NCBI GenBank assembly: GCA_044229145.1
Contig: JBGATO010000009.1
Location: 1 to 64,000 of the forward strand
Direction: 5' to 3'
From: Candidatus Eiseniibacteriota bacterium
Lineage (GTDB): Bacteria; Eisenbacteria; RBG-16-71-46; CAZEPH01
DNA: 64,000 nt
The notes under the pieces are model-generated. The model made no database searches. It was given only the letters and a program-made list of their open reading frames with translations, and was not told where the DNA came from. A program made the translations under genes and the position numbers. This document shows, piece by piece, positions 1 through 11,985 of the stretch; position 1 is the stretch's first letter, and each line of letters starts with the position of its first letter.

Positions 1-2025
1 GGCGATCCACGCACGCAGCGCCGGCTCGTGATCGAGATGCGGATCGTGTTCAGCGAGGTTCCGCGCCTCGCGTTGCGCCGCGCGCAACAATGCCCCGTCG
101 CGGCTGAGATCGGCCGCGCGCAGCTCCGGCAGCCCATGTTGGCGTGTGCCAAGGATGTCACCGGGTCCGCGACGTTTCAAGTCCTCGTCCGCGATGACGA
201 ATCCGTCCCGCGTGCGGACCAAGACCTCGAGCCGCTCGCGCGCCGGCGCCGCGAGCGGCGCATCCGGCAACAGCACGAAGTAGGAGCGCGCCGCGCCGCG
301 GCCGATCCGCCCGCGTAACTGGTGCAGTTGCGCGAGCCCGAAGCGCTCGGGATTCTCGACCACCATCACCGAGGCATTCGGCACGTCGACTCCGACCTCG
401 ATGACCGTGGTGGCGACCAGTACGTGCACCGCACCCGTGCGGAACGCCGCCATCGTCTCGTCGCGCTCGGCCGGCTTCTGCTTCCCGTGGACCAGTCCGA
501 CGCGCAGACCGTCGAAGCGGGCGTCGGCGGCTAGCGTCTCGGCCCCGCGAGTGGCGGCGCGCACGGCCAGCGTGTCCGATTCGTCGATCGCCGGATAGAC
601 GACGTAGGCCTGCCGCCCCTTCCGCACGCGATCGGCGACGAACCCGTACACCGTCTCGCGCTGCGAGGGCGTGACCAGATGCGTGCTCACCTCGCCGCGC
701 CCCGGAGGCAGTTCGTCGAGGGTCGAGACGTCGAGGTCGCCGTAGAACGCCATCGCCAGGGTGCGAGGAATCGGCGTCGCGGACATCACGAGGGCGTGCG
801 GCGCTTCCGCTTTGGCGCGCAGTGCGACGCGGTGCCGGACGCCGAAGCGGTGTTGCTCGTCGACGATCAACAGGCCGAGCCGGGCGAAGCGCACCGCGTC
901 CTGGATCAGCGCGTGGGTGCCGCACACGAGGTGCACGGTGCCATCGGCGATGCCGGTGAGGATCTCGCGCCGCGCCGCGCCCTTGACGCGACCGCTGAGC
1001 AGCGTGATGCGCACCGGCAAACCCGCGCACAGCGCCTGCAGCGAACGACAATGCTGCTCGGCCAGGATTTCGGTGGGCGCCATCAGTGCGGCCTGATGCC
1101 CGCTGTCGAGGGCCGCCATCGCCGCGAGCGCGGCGACGACGGTCTTACCCGATCCGACATCGCCCTGGAGCAGGCGGTGCATCTGCGTCGGCTGCGCCAT
1201 GTCGGCGGCGATTTCGCGCCAGACGCGTTCTTGCGCGCCGGTCAAAGCCCACGGCAGCGCGGCGCGCAGCGCCTGCACCAGCGGGCCGTCGGCGGGCATC
1301 GCCACTGCCGGCACGCCCCGCGTCTCGGCGTGACGACGCGCTTGCAGCGTGAGTTGGAGCAGGAACAGTTCCTCGAACGCCAACCGCTCGCGTGCGCGAT
1401 CGCGCTGCGCGAAGTCCTCGGGATAGTGGATGCCGCGCAGCGCCTCGCCGCGCGGTGCCAATGCGTGCGCGCGACGTATCGCCTCCGGCAGCAGGTCTGG
1501 CGATGCGTCGGCGAGCGCTTCCAAGACCTCCATGACGGCCTGACGCACCACGCCTTGGCCCAACCCTTCGCTGAGCGGATACACCGGGACGATGCGGCCG
1601 GTGTGCAGCCGCTGTCGTTCGTCGTCGTCGAGCGGCTCGAATTCCGGATTGGTCATCTGGACGCCGCGATAGATCCCCACGTCGCCGCTGAACATGAGAA
1701 TGCCACCTACCGGCAGCTGCTTCTCGCGGAATGGCTGGTTGAACCACACGCACAGTAGCTCGCCGCTGGCGTCGGCGACGCGCGCGTGCACGTCGGCGCG
1801 TCCACGGCGCGATCGCAGGACACGCACCGCCCGGACACGGCCGACGACGGTGGCCATCTCACCGGGCACCAGGCGCGCGATTGCACGGATCCGGCTGCGG
1901 TCCACGTAGTCGCGCGGGAAATGCAGCAGGAGATCACCGGCGGTGTGGATGCCGAGCTGCGCGAACGCCTCCGCGCGGCGCGGGCCGACACCGCGGATGA
2001 ACTGGATGGGAGTGGCGTGGTCCAT
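1..2025 (-). CDS. recG: ATP-dependent DNA helicase RecG (3' end runs off the window)
   Basis: Manual translation, absent from the ORF track because it is open at the edge: start MDHATPIQFIRGVGPRRAEAF, plus LLQGDVGSGKT, DEQHRFGV, MSATPIPRTL, ERFGLAQLHQLRGRIGRG and RGPGDILGTRQHG motifs. Confidence 0.97.
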   Translation of the reverse strand, partial: MDHATPIQFIRGVGPRRAEAFAQLGIHTAGDLLLHFPRDYVDRSRIRAIARLVPGEMATVVGRVRAVRVLRSRRGRADVHARVADASGELLCVWFNQPFREKQLPVGGILMFSGDVGIYRGVQMTNPEFEPLDDDERQRLHTGRIVPVYPLSEGLGQGVVRQAVMEVLEALADASPDLLPEAIRRAHALAPRGEALRGIHYPEDFAQRDRARERLAFEELFLLQLTLQARRHAETRGVPAVAMPADGPLVQALRAALPWALTGAQERVWREIAADMAQPTQMHRLLQGDVGSGKTVVAALAAMAALDSGHQAALMAPTEILAEQHCRSLQALCAGLPVRITLLSGRVKGAARREILTGIADGTVHLVCGTHALIQDAVRFARLGLLIVDEQHRFGVRHRVALRAKAEAPHALVMSATPIPRTLAMAFYGDLDVSTLDELPPGRGEVSTHLVTPSQRETVYGFVADRVRKGRQAYVVYPAIDESDTLAVRAATRGAETLAADARFDGLRVGLVHGKQKPAERDETMAAFRTGAVHVLVATTVIEVGVDVPNASVMVVENPERFGLAQLHQLRGRIGRGAARSYFVLLPDAPLAAPARERLEVLVRTRDGFVIADEDLKRRGPGDILGTRQHGLPELRAADLSRDGALLRAAQREARNLAEHDPHLDHEPALRAWIA

Positions 2026-2131
2026 AGGGTGGCGGCGAGTCTAGCAGCCGGCTCGGACAGTCGCCCAAGAGTCACGCCCGCGAGTCCGGAGAGGACCCAC
2101 GGGCGTGACGGCGGGAGGGCGGTGGCGACGA

Positions 2132-2479
2132 TCAGGCCGCGGCGTGCGGTGACGCCTCACGTCGCCGCGAACGCAAGTGGTAGCAGTCGCGGCAGTACAC
2201 CGGCTTGCCCGGTGCCGGTTCGAAGGGCACGAGGGTGGAACTCGAACAGGCGGAGCACACCGCCGAGTGGAGATTCTTGCCGTTGGTGTCCATCCCGCGC
2301 CCGCCCGAGCTTTCGCTCCCCAGGCGCTTCTTGCGCGACTCGCGGCAATCCCGGCAGCGGGTCGGCTCGTTGGTGAAGCCCTTCTGCCGGTAGAACTCCT
2401 GTTCGCCCTGGGTAAAGAGGAAGTCTGCGCCGCAGTCGCGGCAGCTGAGGGTGCGGTCTTCGAACGCGGAGGTGGACAT
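2132..2479 (-). CDS. Zinc-ribbon protein (zf-trcl-like N-terminal domain plus CxxC-x17-CxxC domain)
   Basis: EDRTLSCRDCGADFLFTQGEQEFYRQKGFTNEPTRCRDCR and AVCSAC...VPFEP...PVYCRDC; AGGAG RBS upstream. Confidence 0.9.
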   Translation of the reverse strand: MSTSAFEDRTLSCRDCGADFLFTQGEQEFYRQKGFTNEPTRCRDCRESRKKRLGSESSGGRGMDTNGKNLHSAVCSACSSSTLVPFEPAPGKPVYCRDCYHLRSRRREASPHAAA

Positions 2480-2777
2480 CTTGCAGATGCTCCTAATCGG
2501 GTGACTGTTGGCTACGCGAGGCGATCCGGCGGCGCGGGCCGCCGAGGCAGGTTGCCTCGAGCATTCGGTTGCAGATGAGCAACCCCAGGGCCAGTCTCGG
2601 CGAATGACGAAGGCGGAATTCTAAGCATCGACGCGTCAACGTGTTGTGACATTAGTGTGAAGCCGAACCGAAGTGGCGGCCGAAAGCCCGGACGCCGCGA
2701 GTGACGCCAGGATGGCAATTCTGTGCCAACCTGGCAGTTCGCGGCGCGCGGCAACCCCGGGCGAGCCCGCGTTGTCC

Positions 2778-2807
2778 TTGACACCGGACCGTGCCGCCTC
2801 CTAGCGT
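2778..2807 (+). promoter_or_regulatory. Putative sigma70 promoter
   Basis: TTGACA-N18-TAGCGT upstream of the 2820 ORF. Confidence 0.55.
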
Positions 2808-2819
2808 GCTCGGCTTCGC

Positions 2820-4049
2820 ATGGCGATCGTTGGGAGGGCAGGGGAGATGTCGCAGGGCACCATGGACCGCACGAAGGAAGACGCCGCGCCGCAGGGGCCG
2901 CTCGGATACGTGCTCGCGAGCGTGGGACTTCTGCTGGCCGCCCTCGTCGCGGTGCTCCTGTTCCGCAGCTACCACTTCACCCATGACCGCACCCGCAACT
3001 TCGTCGCCCACGACTTCGCCGAGGCCGTGCTCAAGGACCTCGAGAAGAACGCCATCCTGTTCACCAACGGCGACAACGACACCTTCCCGCTGTGGTACGT
3101 GCAGTATGTCGAGGGATTCCGCACCGACGTGCGGGTGGTGAATCTCTCGCTCCTCAACACGCCGTGGTACGTCAAGCAGGTGACGACCCAGGAACCCAAG
3201 GTGCCGATCACGCTCACCGAGGATCAGGTGCTGGCGCTGCAGGCATACCGCGATCCGCAGAGCGGGCGCATCGTCATGCCGAAGGACATCGCGGTGCAGA
3301 GCATCATCCAGGCAATCGGCGACACGCGGCCGATCTACTTCGCCTTCTCGGTGCCGGATGCGCAGGACTGGGCGGGCCGCACAGTGCGCACCGCTTTCGC
3401 GTACCAGGTGATGACGCACGCGGTGCCGGATTCGCTGGCGCTCGACCGCGTGACGATGGCGCGGCAGTTGAAGGAGCTCAAGCTGCGCGGCATGCTCGAT
3501 GCCAACGGGAACCTCGATCCGTCGGTGTACCGCGACGACATCACCTACGGCTTCCTGCAGAACGGCATCGCGATGGCCCATTTCGACCTCGGGGCCGAGG
3601 CGCGCCGCCGTGGCGAGCTGGAGCAGTCCACGCAGTCGATCCTGCACGCCTCGCGCCTGGCACCGTCGCTCCCGTTCTTCATCGTGTGGGCCGGCCGTTC
3701 GATGGAGGAGCAAGGTCAGTGGGCGCGCGCCGAGTCGCTCTACACCGCGGCCGCGGCCAAGTCGCCGGATCAATACGAGTACCCGTGGCGCCTCGGGTGG
3801 CTGTACTTGCAGCAGGGCAAGACCGAGCAGGGCCGCGCGCAACTCCGGCTCGCCGCGCAGAAGCCGACGTCGACGTTCGATCCGGTGCAAGACTTGATCG
3901 GCGATCTCTATCGCCACAACGAGATGGACAAGGCGGCCGCCGAAGTGCGCAGCTGGCTGACGTCGCACCCTGGCGACACCACGGCGATGAAGTACCTCGC
4001 GCTGTTGGGCGGCACCGGCACCGAGCAAGCACCGCCGTCGCTGCGCTAA
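2820..4049 (+). CDS. Membrane-anchored protein similar to the C-terminal region of DUF2723/TMEM260-like glycosyltransferases, with TPRs
   Basis: One TM helix, then NAILFTNGDNDTFPLWYVQYVEGFRTDVRVVNLSLLNTPWY and TPR-like helices. Start codon uncertain. Confidence 0.75.
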   Translation: MAIVGRAGEMSQGTMDRTKEDAAPQGPLGYVLASVGLLLAALVAVLLFRSYHFTHDRTRNFVAHDFAEAVLKDLEKNAILFTNGDNDTFPLWYVQYVEGFRTDVRVVNLSLLNTPWYVKQVTTQEPKVPITLTEDQVLALQAYRDPQSGRIVMPKDIAVQSIIQAIGDTRPIYFAFSVPDAQDWAGRTVRTAFAYQVMTHAVPDSLALDRVTMARQLKELKLRGMLDANGNLDPSVYRDDITYGFLQNGIAMAHFDLGAEARRRGELEQSTQSILHASRLAPSLPFFIVWAGRSMEEQGQWARAESLYTAAAAKSPDQYEYPWRLGWLYLQQGKTEQGRAQLRLAAQKPTSTFDPVQDLIGDLYRHNEMDKAAAEVRSWLTSHPGDTTAMKYLALLGGTGTEQAPPSLR

Positions 4050-4053
4050 CCCG

Positions 4054-5652
4054 CTATTTGCGCCATTCCGCGGCCCACCACACGATGGGACCGCGCGTGG
4101 TGCGACCCTCGATGTGGCCGGTATTGCGGGTGTCCCGGTAGCCGGCTCCGAGCGTGCACGACTGATTCTGCCGGCGTTCCCAGCGCAACGTGGCGGCGAT
4201 GCTGGTGCGGCGTTCCACCGGTCCCGCGAACCCCCATGTACCGGCCCGTGGATCGCCGGGCCGCCACGGGACGCCGAGACCTTCCGCGCCGCTACGCGCG
4301 CGCTGCACCGCAAAGCCGACTTGCACGTCGCGCGAGCGGTCCCAGGTTGCGCGCAGGAGCGCATCCTCGCTCCCCGGCCCGCCGGCGAACCCCAACGGCT
4401 GGTCCCGGAAGGCGTAATCGCGATCGCCGTTTTGTGAATAGAAGACGCTGTAGGTGTGCCGCGCCACCCGCGTGTACTCGGCATGCAGGCCGCCGACACC
4501 GCCCCGCCACGGGCCGACCCAGCTCGCGCCCACCTGTGCTCCGCCGCGTGACGGGACTGCGCTCGAGCCCAGTTGGAGGTCGTCGACCAGAAGTTCGGCG
4601 CGCAGTTCGAGGCCGTCGGTCGGGCGCCACACGGCGTCGGCGGCCGCCTGCAGGTTATTGCGCGCCGCGAGGGCGACGCTGTCGGCGTTGGAGTCGACGG
4701 TAATCGCGCGTTGCACCAGCGTGTAGGGCAGGAACCCGAGCCAGTAGAGCGGTTCCGGCGAGCGCGAGCGATAGAGTGCGGTCTCCGCGAGGCCGAGCCG
4801 CAACCGCGGCGTCGCGCGCCACTCGAGTCGATGCGCGGCGAGGTACCGCCCGTCGGTGGCGCTCAGCGCCTCGGTGTGGACGGTGGCGGTGAGGCGGCCG
4901 AGCAGCGTGCCGGTCGCCGTGACCTGCGTGCGCGGGCCGGCGGTGTTCGAGAGGAGCAGTGTACCTTCCAATCCCGGTCCCCAACGTGGCGCGTCGCGAC
5001 CCGCCCACAACCGCCAACTGCCGGCGGACCACGCGAGGTATGCGCGCGAGATGTCCTGTTCGAAGTCGTCGAGCCCGAAGAGGAAATCGCCCTGCCAGTG
5101 GCGGCCCGCCGGGGCGCGGCCGATGTGCCACTCCTCAGCGAGGACCAGCGACGGTGTGATGCGCACGAACGCGCGCACGCCCCCTCGGCCGCCGGGCGCC
5201 CACTCCAGCGACGTGTCCGGCGCGGCGCGCAGCAGCGGCGCGATGAACACCGAAGCGCGCGCATCGGTGTGCGCGTCGCCGAGGTGGAGGAACGGCGCGA
5301 CCTCCTCGCCGGCGATCGTGCGCGCGTTCGCGGCTTCGGGCAGCGGAGATTCGGCCACCTCGCGCGCCAGGCGGCGCAGCGCCCGGCGCATCACGGGGTC
5401 GCCGGCGAGTGCGGGATGCGCGGCCAAGGCACGCACCAACGCATCGGCGACGTCGGCGCGGACCCACGGGCGCGTGCTCGCCGCGAGATCGTCGGTGAGT
5501 CCGCGGGCACGCAACGAGAGAACGTCGTCCTCGAGAGGATCGCCGGCGGCGAGGAACTCGGCGGGCCGCGCCCACGCGGCGGGCGCGGCACCCACCAGCA
5601 GCGCGAGGACCACGACGCGAACGACACAAGCGGCGAATCGGCGACGGCGCAC
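4054..5652 (-). CDS. Capsule assembly Wzi-like outer-membrane protein
   Basis: Signal peptide (APAAWA); GRDAPRWGPG..GTLLLSNTA, YLAAHRLEW, LGLAETALY, ELLVDD and PLGF.GGP motifs; GAGGAG RBS. Confidence 0.8.
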   Translation of the reverse strand: MRRRRFAACVVRVVVLALLVGAAPAAWARPAEFLAAGDPLEDDVLSLRARGLTDDLAASTRPWVRADVADALVRALAAHPALAGDPVMRRALRRLAREVAESPLPEAANARTIAGEEVAPFLHLGDAHTDARASVFIAPLLRAAPDTSLEWAPGGRGGVRAFVRITPSLVLAEEWHIGRAPAGRHWQGDFLFGLDDFEQDISRAYLAWSAGSWRLWAGRDAPRWGPGLEGTLLLSNTAGPRTQVTATGTLLGRLTATVHTEALSATDGRYLAAHRLEWRATPRLRLGLAETALYRSRSPEPLYWLGFLPYTLVQRAITVDSNADSVALAARNNLQAAADAVWRPTDGLELRAELLVDDLQLGSSAVPSRGGAQVGASWVGPWRGGVGGLHAEYTRVARHTYSVFYSQNGDRDYAFRDQPLGFAGGPGSEDALLRATWDRSRDVQVGFAVQRARSGAEGLGVPWRPGDPRAGTWGFAGPVERRTSIAATLRWERRQNQSCTLGAGYRDTRNTGHIEGRTTRGPIVWWAAEWRK

Positions 5653-5691
5653 GATTTCTCCTCGGCAGACGGGTGGGATGCGAGGCCGCCG

Positions 5692-5720
5692 ATGCTAGGA
5701 AGCGCCCCGGCGTCCGTCAA
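5692..5720 (-). promoter_or_regulatory. Putative sigma70 promoter for the Wzi-like gene
   Basis: TTGACG-N17-TAGCAT on the minus strand. Confidence 0.6.
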
Positions 5721-5738
5721 GCGGACCCTCGCCGCGTT

Positions 5739-5767
5739 TTGACACCGTGCGGCGCGCTTGCTAGCGT
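5739..5767 (+). promoter_or_regulatory. Putative sigma70 promoter with extended -10
   Basis: TTGACA-N17-TAGCGT, with TGn directly before the -10; back-to-back with the minus-strand promoter. Confidence 0.65.
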
Positions 5768-5827
5768 GCCTCTCGAGGGGCGCCCGCGTCGTGCAGCGCC
5801 CAGAGTCCCCGCGTAGGATGGAACCCG

Positions 5828-7006
5828 ATGAGCGTGGCCCCGACCGAAATCCCTTATGCCCGCGCCTGGATCGACGACGATGACATCGCCGCCGTCGTGG
5901 AGGTGCTGCGCTCCGACTGGCTCACCACCGGTCCGCGCGTCACCGCGTTCGAGGCGGCCCTCGCCGCCGCGGTGGAGGCGCCGCACGCGGTGGCGGTGAA
6001 TTCCTGCACCGCCGCCATGCATCTGGCGCTCGCCGCCTGGGACATCGGTCCCGGCGACGAGGTCGTCTCGAGTCCGCTCACGTTTTGTTCGTCGATGAAT
6101 GTCGCCGTGCATTTGGGAGCGACGCCGGTGTTCGCCGACGTCGACCCGCTCTGCTTGACGCTCGACCCGGCCGCGGTGGCGAGTGCGGTGGGGGAGCGCA
6201 CGCGCGCCATTACGGCGGTGCATTACGGCGGGCATCCGGTCGACATGGATTCGCTCCGCACGCTGGCCGCGCCGCGCGGCATCAAGCTGCTCGAGGATGC
6301 GGCCCACGCGCTCTACGCGCGGTACAAGGGCCGGCCGGTGGGAGTGCTCGGCGATGCGGCGGCCTTCAGCTTCTACGTCACGAAGAACATCGTGACTGCC
6401 GAGGGCGGCATGCTCACCACCGCCGACGCGGCCCTCGCCGAGCGGGTTCGGCGCTTGAGCCTCCATGGACTCTCGCGCGATGCCTGGAAGCGCTACCAGA
6501 AGGGTGGCTCGTGGGCGTACGACGTGGTCGAGGTCGGGTACAAGTGCAACATGACCGACATGGTCGCGGCGCTCGGCGTCACCCAGCTCGCCAAGGGCGC
6601 TCGGTTGCAGACGATGCGTCGCGAGTTGGTTGCGCTGCTCGATGAGGGGTTGCGGGAGGTTCCGGGCGTCACGCCGCTCGGGCGCCATCCATGGGCAGAG
6701 CACGCCGAACACTTGTATGTCGTGCGGGTCGACGAGCGCGAGGTGCCGGGCGGACGCGATGCGCTCTCGGCCGCTCTGGCCGATCGCGGCGTCGGCACCA
6801 GCGTGCACTTCCGCCCGGTACATCTCACGGCCGCGTATCGCGAGCGCTTCGGCTTCCGCGCCGGTCAATTCCCGGTGGCGGAACGCGCTGCGGCCGAGGT
6901 GCTGTCATTGCCGCTGTATCCGCGGATGACGCGCGAGCACGCCACCGAGGTGGCGGAGCGCACGGCAGAGGCGGTCGCCGCGCTGCGGGCGCGGGGCGGG
7001 GCCTAG
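5828..7006 (+). CDS. DegT/DnrJ/EryC1/StrS family PLP-dependent sugar aminotransferase
   Basis: WLTTGPRVTAFE, NSCTAAMHLAL, EDAAHA, FSFYVTKNIVTAEGG (PLP lysine) and LSLPLYP motifs. Confidence 0.95.
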   Translation: MSVAPTEIPYARAWIDDDDIAAVVEVLRSDWLTTGPRVTAFEAALAAAVEAPHAVAVNSCTAAMHLALAAWDIGPGDEVVSSPLTFCSSMNVAVHLGATPVFADVDPLCLTLDPAAVASAVGERTRAITAVHYGGHPVDMDSLRTLAAPRGIKLLEDAAHALYARYKGRPVGVLGDAAAFSFYVTKNIVTAEGGMLTTADAALAERVRRLSLHGLSRDAWKRYQKGGSWAYDVVEVGYKCNMTDMVAALGVTQLAKGARLQTMRRELVALLDEGLREVPGVTPLGRHPWAEHAEHLYVVRVDEREVPGGRDALSAALADRGVGTSVHFRPVHLTAAYRERFGFRAGQFPVAERAAAEVLSLPLYPRMTREHATEVAERTAEAVAALRARGGA

Positions 7007-7067
7007 AGACGCACACGCCCCGCGCCGCCGGACGGGCAGCGCGGGGCGGGGCCGGGCGAAGCGGCGC

Positions 7068-7880
7068 TTACGGGTTGTTCCACTTCGGCGCGCGCTTCTC
7101 CAAGAAGGCGGTGAAGCCTTCCATGTGGTCGCCGGTGGGCACCAGATCATCGACGTAGATTTCGCCGACCCGCGCGAGCGCGTCCGGCAGAGGCTTGCCC
7201 GAGGATTCCTGCAGGGCCTTCTTGAGCGCGCGCAGCGCATTGCCCGAATACGAGAGCAGCTTCGTCACCAACTCCACGGTCTTCGTGTCGATTTGGTCGG
7301 TGGGGACCGCGTCGAGCACCAAACCGAGATCCTTCGCCTCCGCGGCGTTCACGCGGCGCCCGAGGAAGAGCATTTCCTTGGCGCCCGGCCAGCCGATGCG
7401 CCGCGGCAGGAAGACCGCCGCGACCGGCGGGAAGATGCCGAGCGTGATCTCTGGCACCGCGAACACCGCGCGCTCCGAGGCGACGACGAAATCGCACGAC
7501 AGCATGAGCTCCATCCCGCCGCCCATGCACGCCCCGTCGACTTCGCAAATCGTGGTCTGCGGCATGTAGAAGACGGTGTGGCAGAGCCGGCGAATCGAGG
7601 CAACCATCAGTTCGGCCGGATTCTCGGACTGCTCCTTGACGTCCGCGCCTGCGCAGAACGCCTTGCCGACGGCGCGGAAGCGCACCACGCGAATCGTGCG
7701 ATCCTGCGCGAGCTCCGTGCAGATGCGGTTGAGCCCCTGCATCAGGGCCAGCGACACGACGTTGAGCGGGGGATTCTGCAACGTGATGGTGACCGCGCCC
7801 TGTCCAGGCACGTGCCGTTCGACGGTGAAGCCCGCCGCGTCCGTCACCACGTCGACGGTGGACGCCGCACTGTCCTGCAT
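7068..7880 (-). CDS. Enoyl-CoA hydratase/isomerase (crotonase) family protein
   Basis: AFCAGADV, GACMGGGMEL, PEITLGIFP and EGFTAFLEKRAP motifs; AAGGAG RBS before ATG 7880. Confidence 0.93.
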   Translation of the reverse strand: MQDSAASTVDVVTDAAGFTVERHVPGQGAVTITLQNPPLNVVSLALMQGLNRICTELAQDRTIRVVRFRAVGKAFCAGADVKEQSENPAELMVASIRRLCHTVFYMPQTTICEVDGACMGGGMELMLSCDFVVASERAVFAVPEITLGIFPPVAAVFLPRRIGWPGAKEMLFLGRRVNAAEAKDLGLVLDAVPTDQIDTKTVELVTKLLSYSGNALRALKKALQESSGKPLPDALARVGEIYVDDLVPTGDHMEGFTAFLEKRAPKWNNP

Positions 7881-8253
7881 CTGACCGATCTCCTTCGGGG
7901 AGTTGCCGCGTACCGATGCACGCGGGCCGCACAGCATCTGTGCACCTCGTGGCGAAACGCCGGGTGGAGCCTAGCACACCCCTCCGACACCGCGCGGCAG
8001 CCAACCGCTCTACCCACGGGACCGCTGCACGGCCGCGCTTGACCCCACCGGTGGGCGACGGAATACACTCTCCGCCACGCTCGTAGGGTCCGGGCACGTC
8101 TCCCGTTCTTCTCCCGCTGGTCCAGCGCTCGTCCTCACTGTCGGTTGCGCGTTCACGAGGACACCGCAGCGCCTGGAACGAGACGGAAGGACGCGCCGGC
8201 GAGGCCGGCGTCGCGAGCGGCCCGTCGAACGCGCACACGTGATGGAAGGTCCC

Positions 8254-9690
8254 ATGCACACCACTGACTCGATTCGTGTCGTCCGCCGCCCCGTGCTGCT
8301 CGGGGGACTCGCCGTGCTCGCCACCGCCACGTTGACACTCGGCGCCGCGCGGCCGGTCGCGCCGTCGGCTGCACCCGCCGACGAGGCGCCGGCGCGTCAT
8401 GTCGCGCTGGCGATCTACAACTCCGGCACCGCTCTGGTCGAAGACACCCGCACCCTGCGCCTCGAGGCTGGCGAGCACGAGGTCGCGTGGCCGGGCATTC
8501 CGCAGACGATCGATGCGTCGTCGGTGCACCTGCTGCACACCGGCGGCGATGTCAGCCTGCTCCAGCAGGCGTACCGCTTCGACCTCGCCGATGCTGGGCG
8601 GGCCGTCGAACTGCTGCGCGGTCAGCCGGTGGTCGTGTTTACCGCGCAGGGGAAGCGGTACGAAGGCGCGTTGTGGTCGTGGGACGGCGGCGTGCTCACG
8701 CTCTCCACCGACACTGGACTCGTGATGGTGCAGCAGACGCAGCTCGCGTCGATGGAAACGCCGCAGCCGCCGCGCGCGCTGAGCCGGACGCCGACGCTCG
8801 CGTGCCGCCTCTGGGCGCGCAAGGGCGGTGCGCAGGACGTCACCGCCGCCTATCTCGCCGGCGGCATGAACTGGCACGCCGAGTACGTCCTCGCCGTCGA
8901 TGAGAAGATGTCGAAGGGCACGCTGAGCGGCGCCGCCTCCGTCGAAAACACGAGCGGCGCGGATTTCGTCGACGCGGCCGTTCACCTGATCGCCGGGGAT
9001 GTGAATCGCGCGCCGGCTCCGCACGCATCGTTCGACCACCTCTCGGTGCGCGCCGCGAGCGCCCCGATGATGGCGAAGGGCGCGCCGGAGCAGATGCAGG
9101 AGTCGGGCCTCAGCGAATACCACATGTACACGCTGACCCATCCGGTCACCGTCCGCGACAAGGAAACTCGCCAGGTTGCCATGTTCGACGAGGCGGCGGT
9201 GAGCACGCGGCGCATCTTCCGTTATGCGCCGTCGCAGGACGCGCGCATCCAGACGCAGCTCGAACTCACCAACGACAAGGGCAACGGGCTCGGCATGCCG
9301 ATTCCGGCCGGCCGCGTGCGGGTCTACACGCCGATCGCCGACGGCGGCACCGCGCTCCTCGGCGAAGACCAGATCGGCCACATCGCCAAGGGCGACACGC
9401 TGCGCGTCACCGTCGGGTCGCCGTTCGATCTCGGCGTCACGCGCGACATGACGGCCACCAAGCGACTCAGCGACCGCGAAATGCAGCAGTCGTGGACCAC
9501 CACATTCCGCAACCGCAAGGACGAGGACGTGACGATCGTGTGGGACGAAGCGCTGCCCGGCGGCGACTGGACGATCAGCGACGCCACGCTGCAATACGCG
9601 AAGAAGGACGCCAATACGGTGACCTTCACGGTGCGCGTGCCGGCCGGCAAGGAGGTGCCGGTGCGCTACACGGTGCGGTGGACCTACTAA
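8254..9690 (+). CDS. Secreted DUF4139/DUF4140 domain protein
   Basis: Signal peptide; VALAIYNSGTALVEDTR, YLAGGMNWHAEY, LGMPIPAGRVRVY and LLGEDQIGH motifs. Confidence 0.85.
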   Translation: MHTTDSIRVVRRPVLLGGLAVLATATLTLGAARPVAPSAAPADEAPARHVALAIYNSGTALVEDTRTLRLEAGEHEVAWPGIPQTIDASSVHLLHTGGDVSLLQQAYRFDLADAGRAVELLRGQPVVVFTAQGKRYEGALWSWDGGVLTLSTDTGLVMVQQTQLASMETPQPPRALSRTPTLACRLWARKGGAQDVTAAYLAGGMNWHAEYVLAVDEKMSKGTLSGAASVENTSGADFVDAAVHLIAGDVNRAPAPHASFDHLSVRAASAPMMAKGAPEQMQESGLSEYHMYTLTHPVTVRDKETRQVAMFDEAAVSTRRIFRYAPSQDARIQTQLELTNDKGNGLGMPIPAGRVRVYTPIADGGTALLGEDQIGHIAKGDTLRVTVGSPFDLGVTRDMTATKRLSDREMQQSWTTTFRNRKDEDVTIVWDEALPGGDWTISDATLQYAKKDANTVTFTVRVPAGKEVPVRYTVRWTY

Positions 9691-9713
9691 TCCGCCCCGC
9701 GCGCCGCGTCGTC

Positions 9714-9749
9714 CGCGAGCCCGGAAGCCGCGCCGCTTCCGGGCTCGCG
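9714..9749. other. Perfect 15-bp stem-loop between the DUF4139 gene and uvrB
   Basis: CGCGAGCCCGGAAGC-cgcgcc-GCTTCCGGGCTCGCG; no U-tract follows. Confidence 0.6.
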
Positions 9750-9771
9750 CGTGCCGTCGAAGGAGCCAGCC

Positions 9772-11981
<2,210 letters not shown>

Positions 11982-11985
<4 letters not shown>

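Noticed and set aside
2714..2729. Sigma54-like TTGGCACAGAATTGC on the minus strand (and TGGCACACGCGTGCA near 43263)
   Set aside because: Spacing is GG-N9-GC, whereas sigma54 requires N10.
7068..7880. Crotonase as evidence of an anaerobic benzoyl-CoA pathway (Dch-like)
   Set aside because: No other pathway genes are nearby, and the motifs do not establish substrate specificity.
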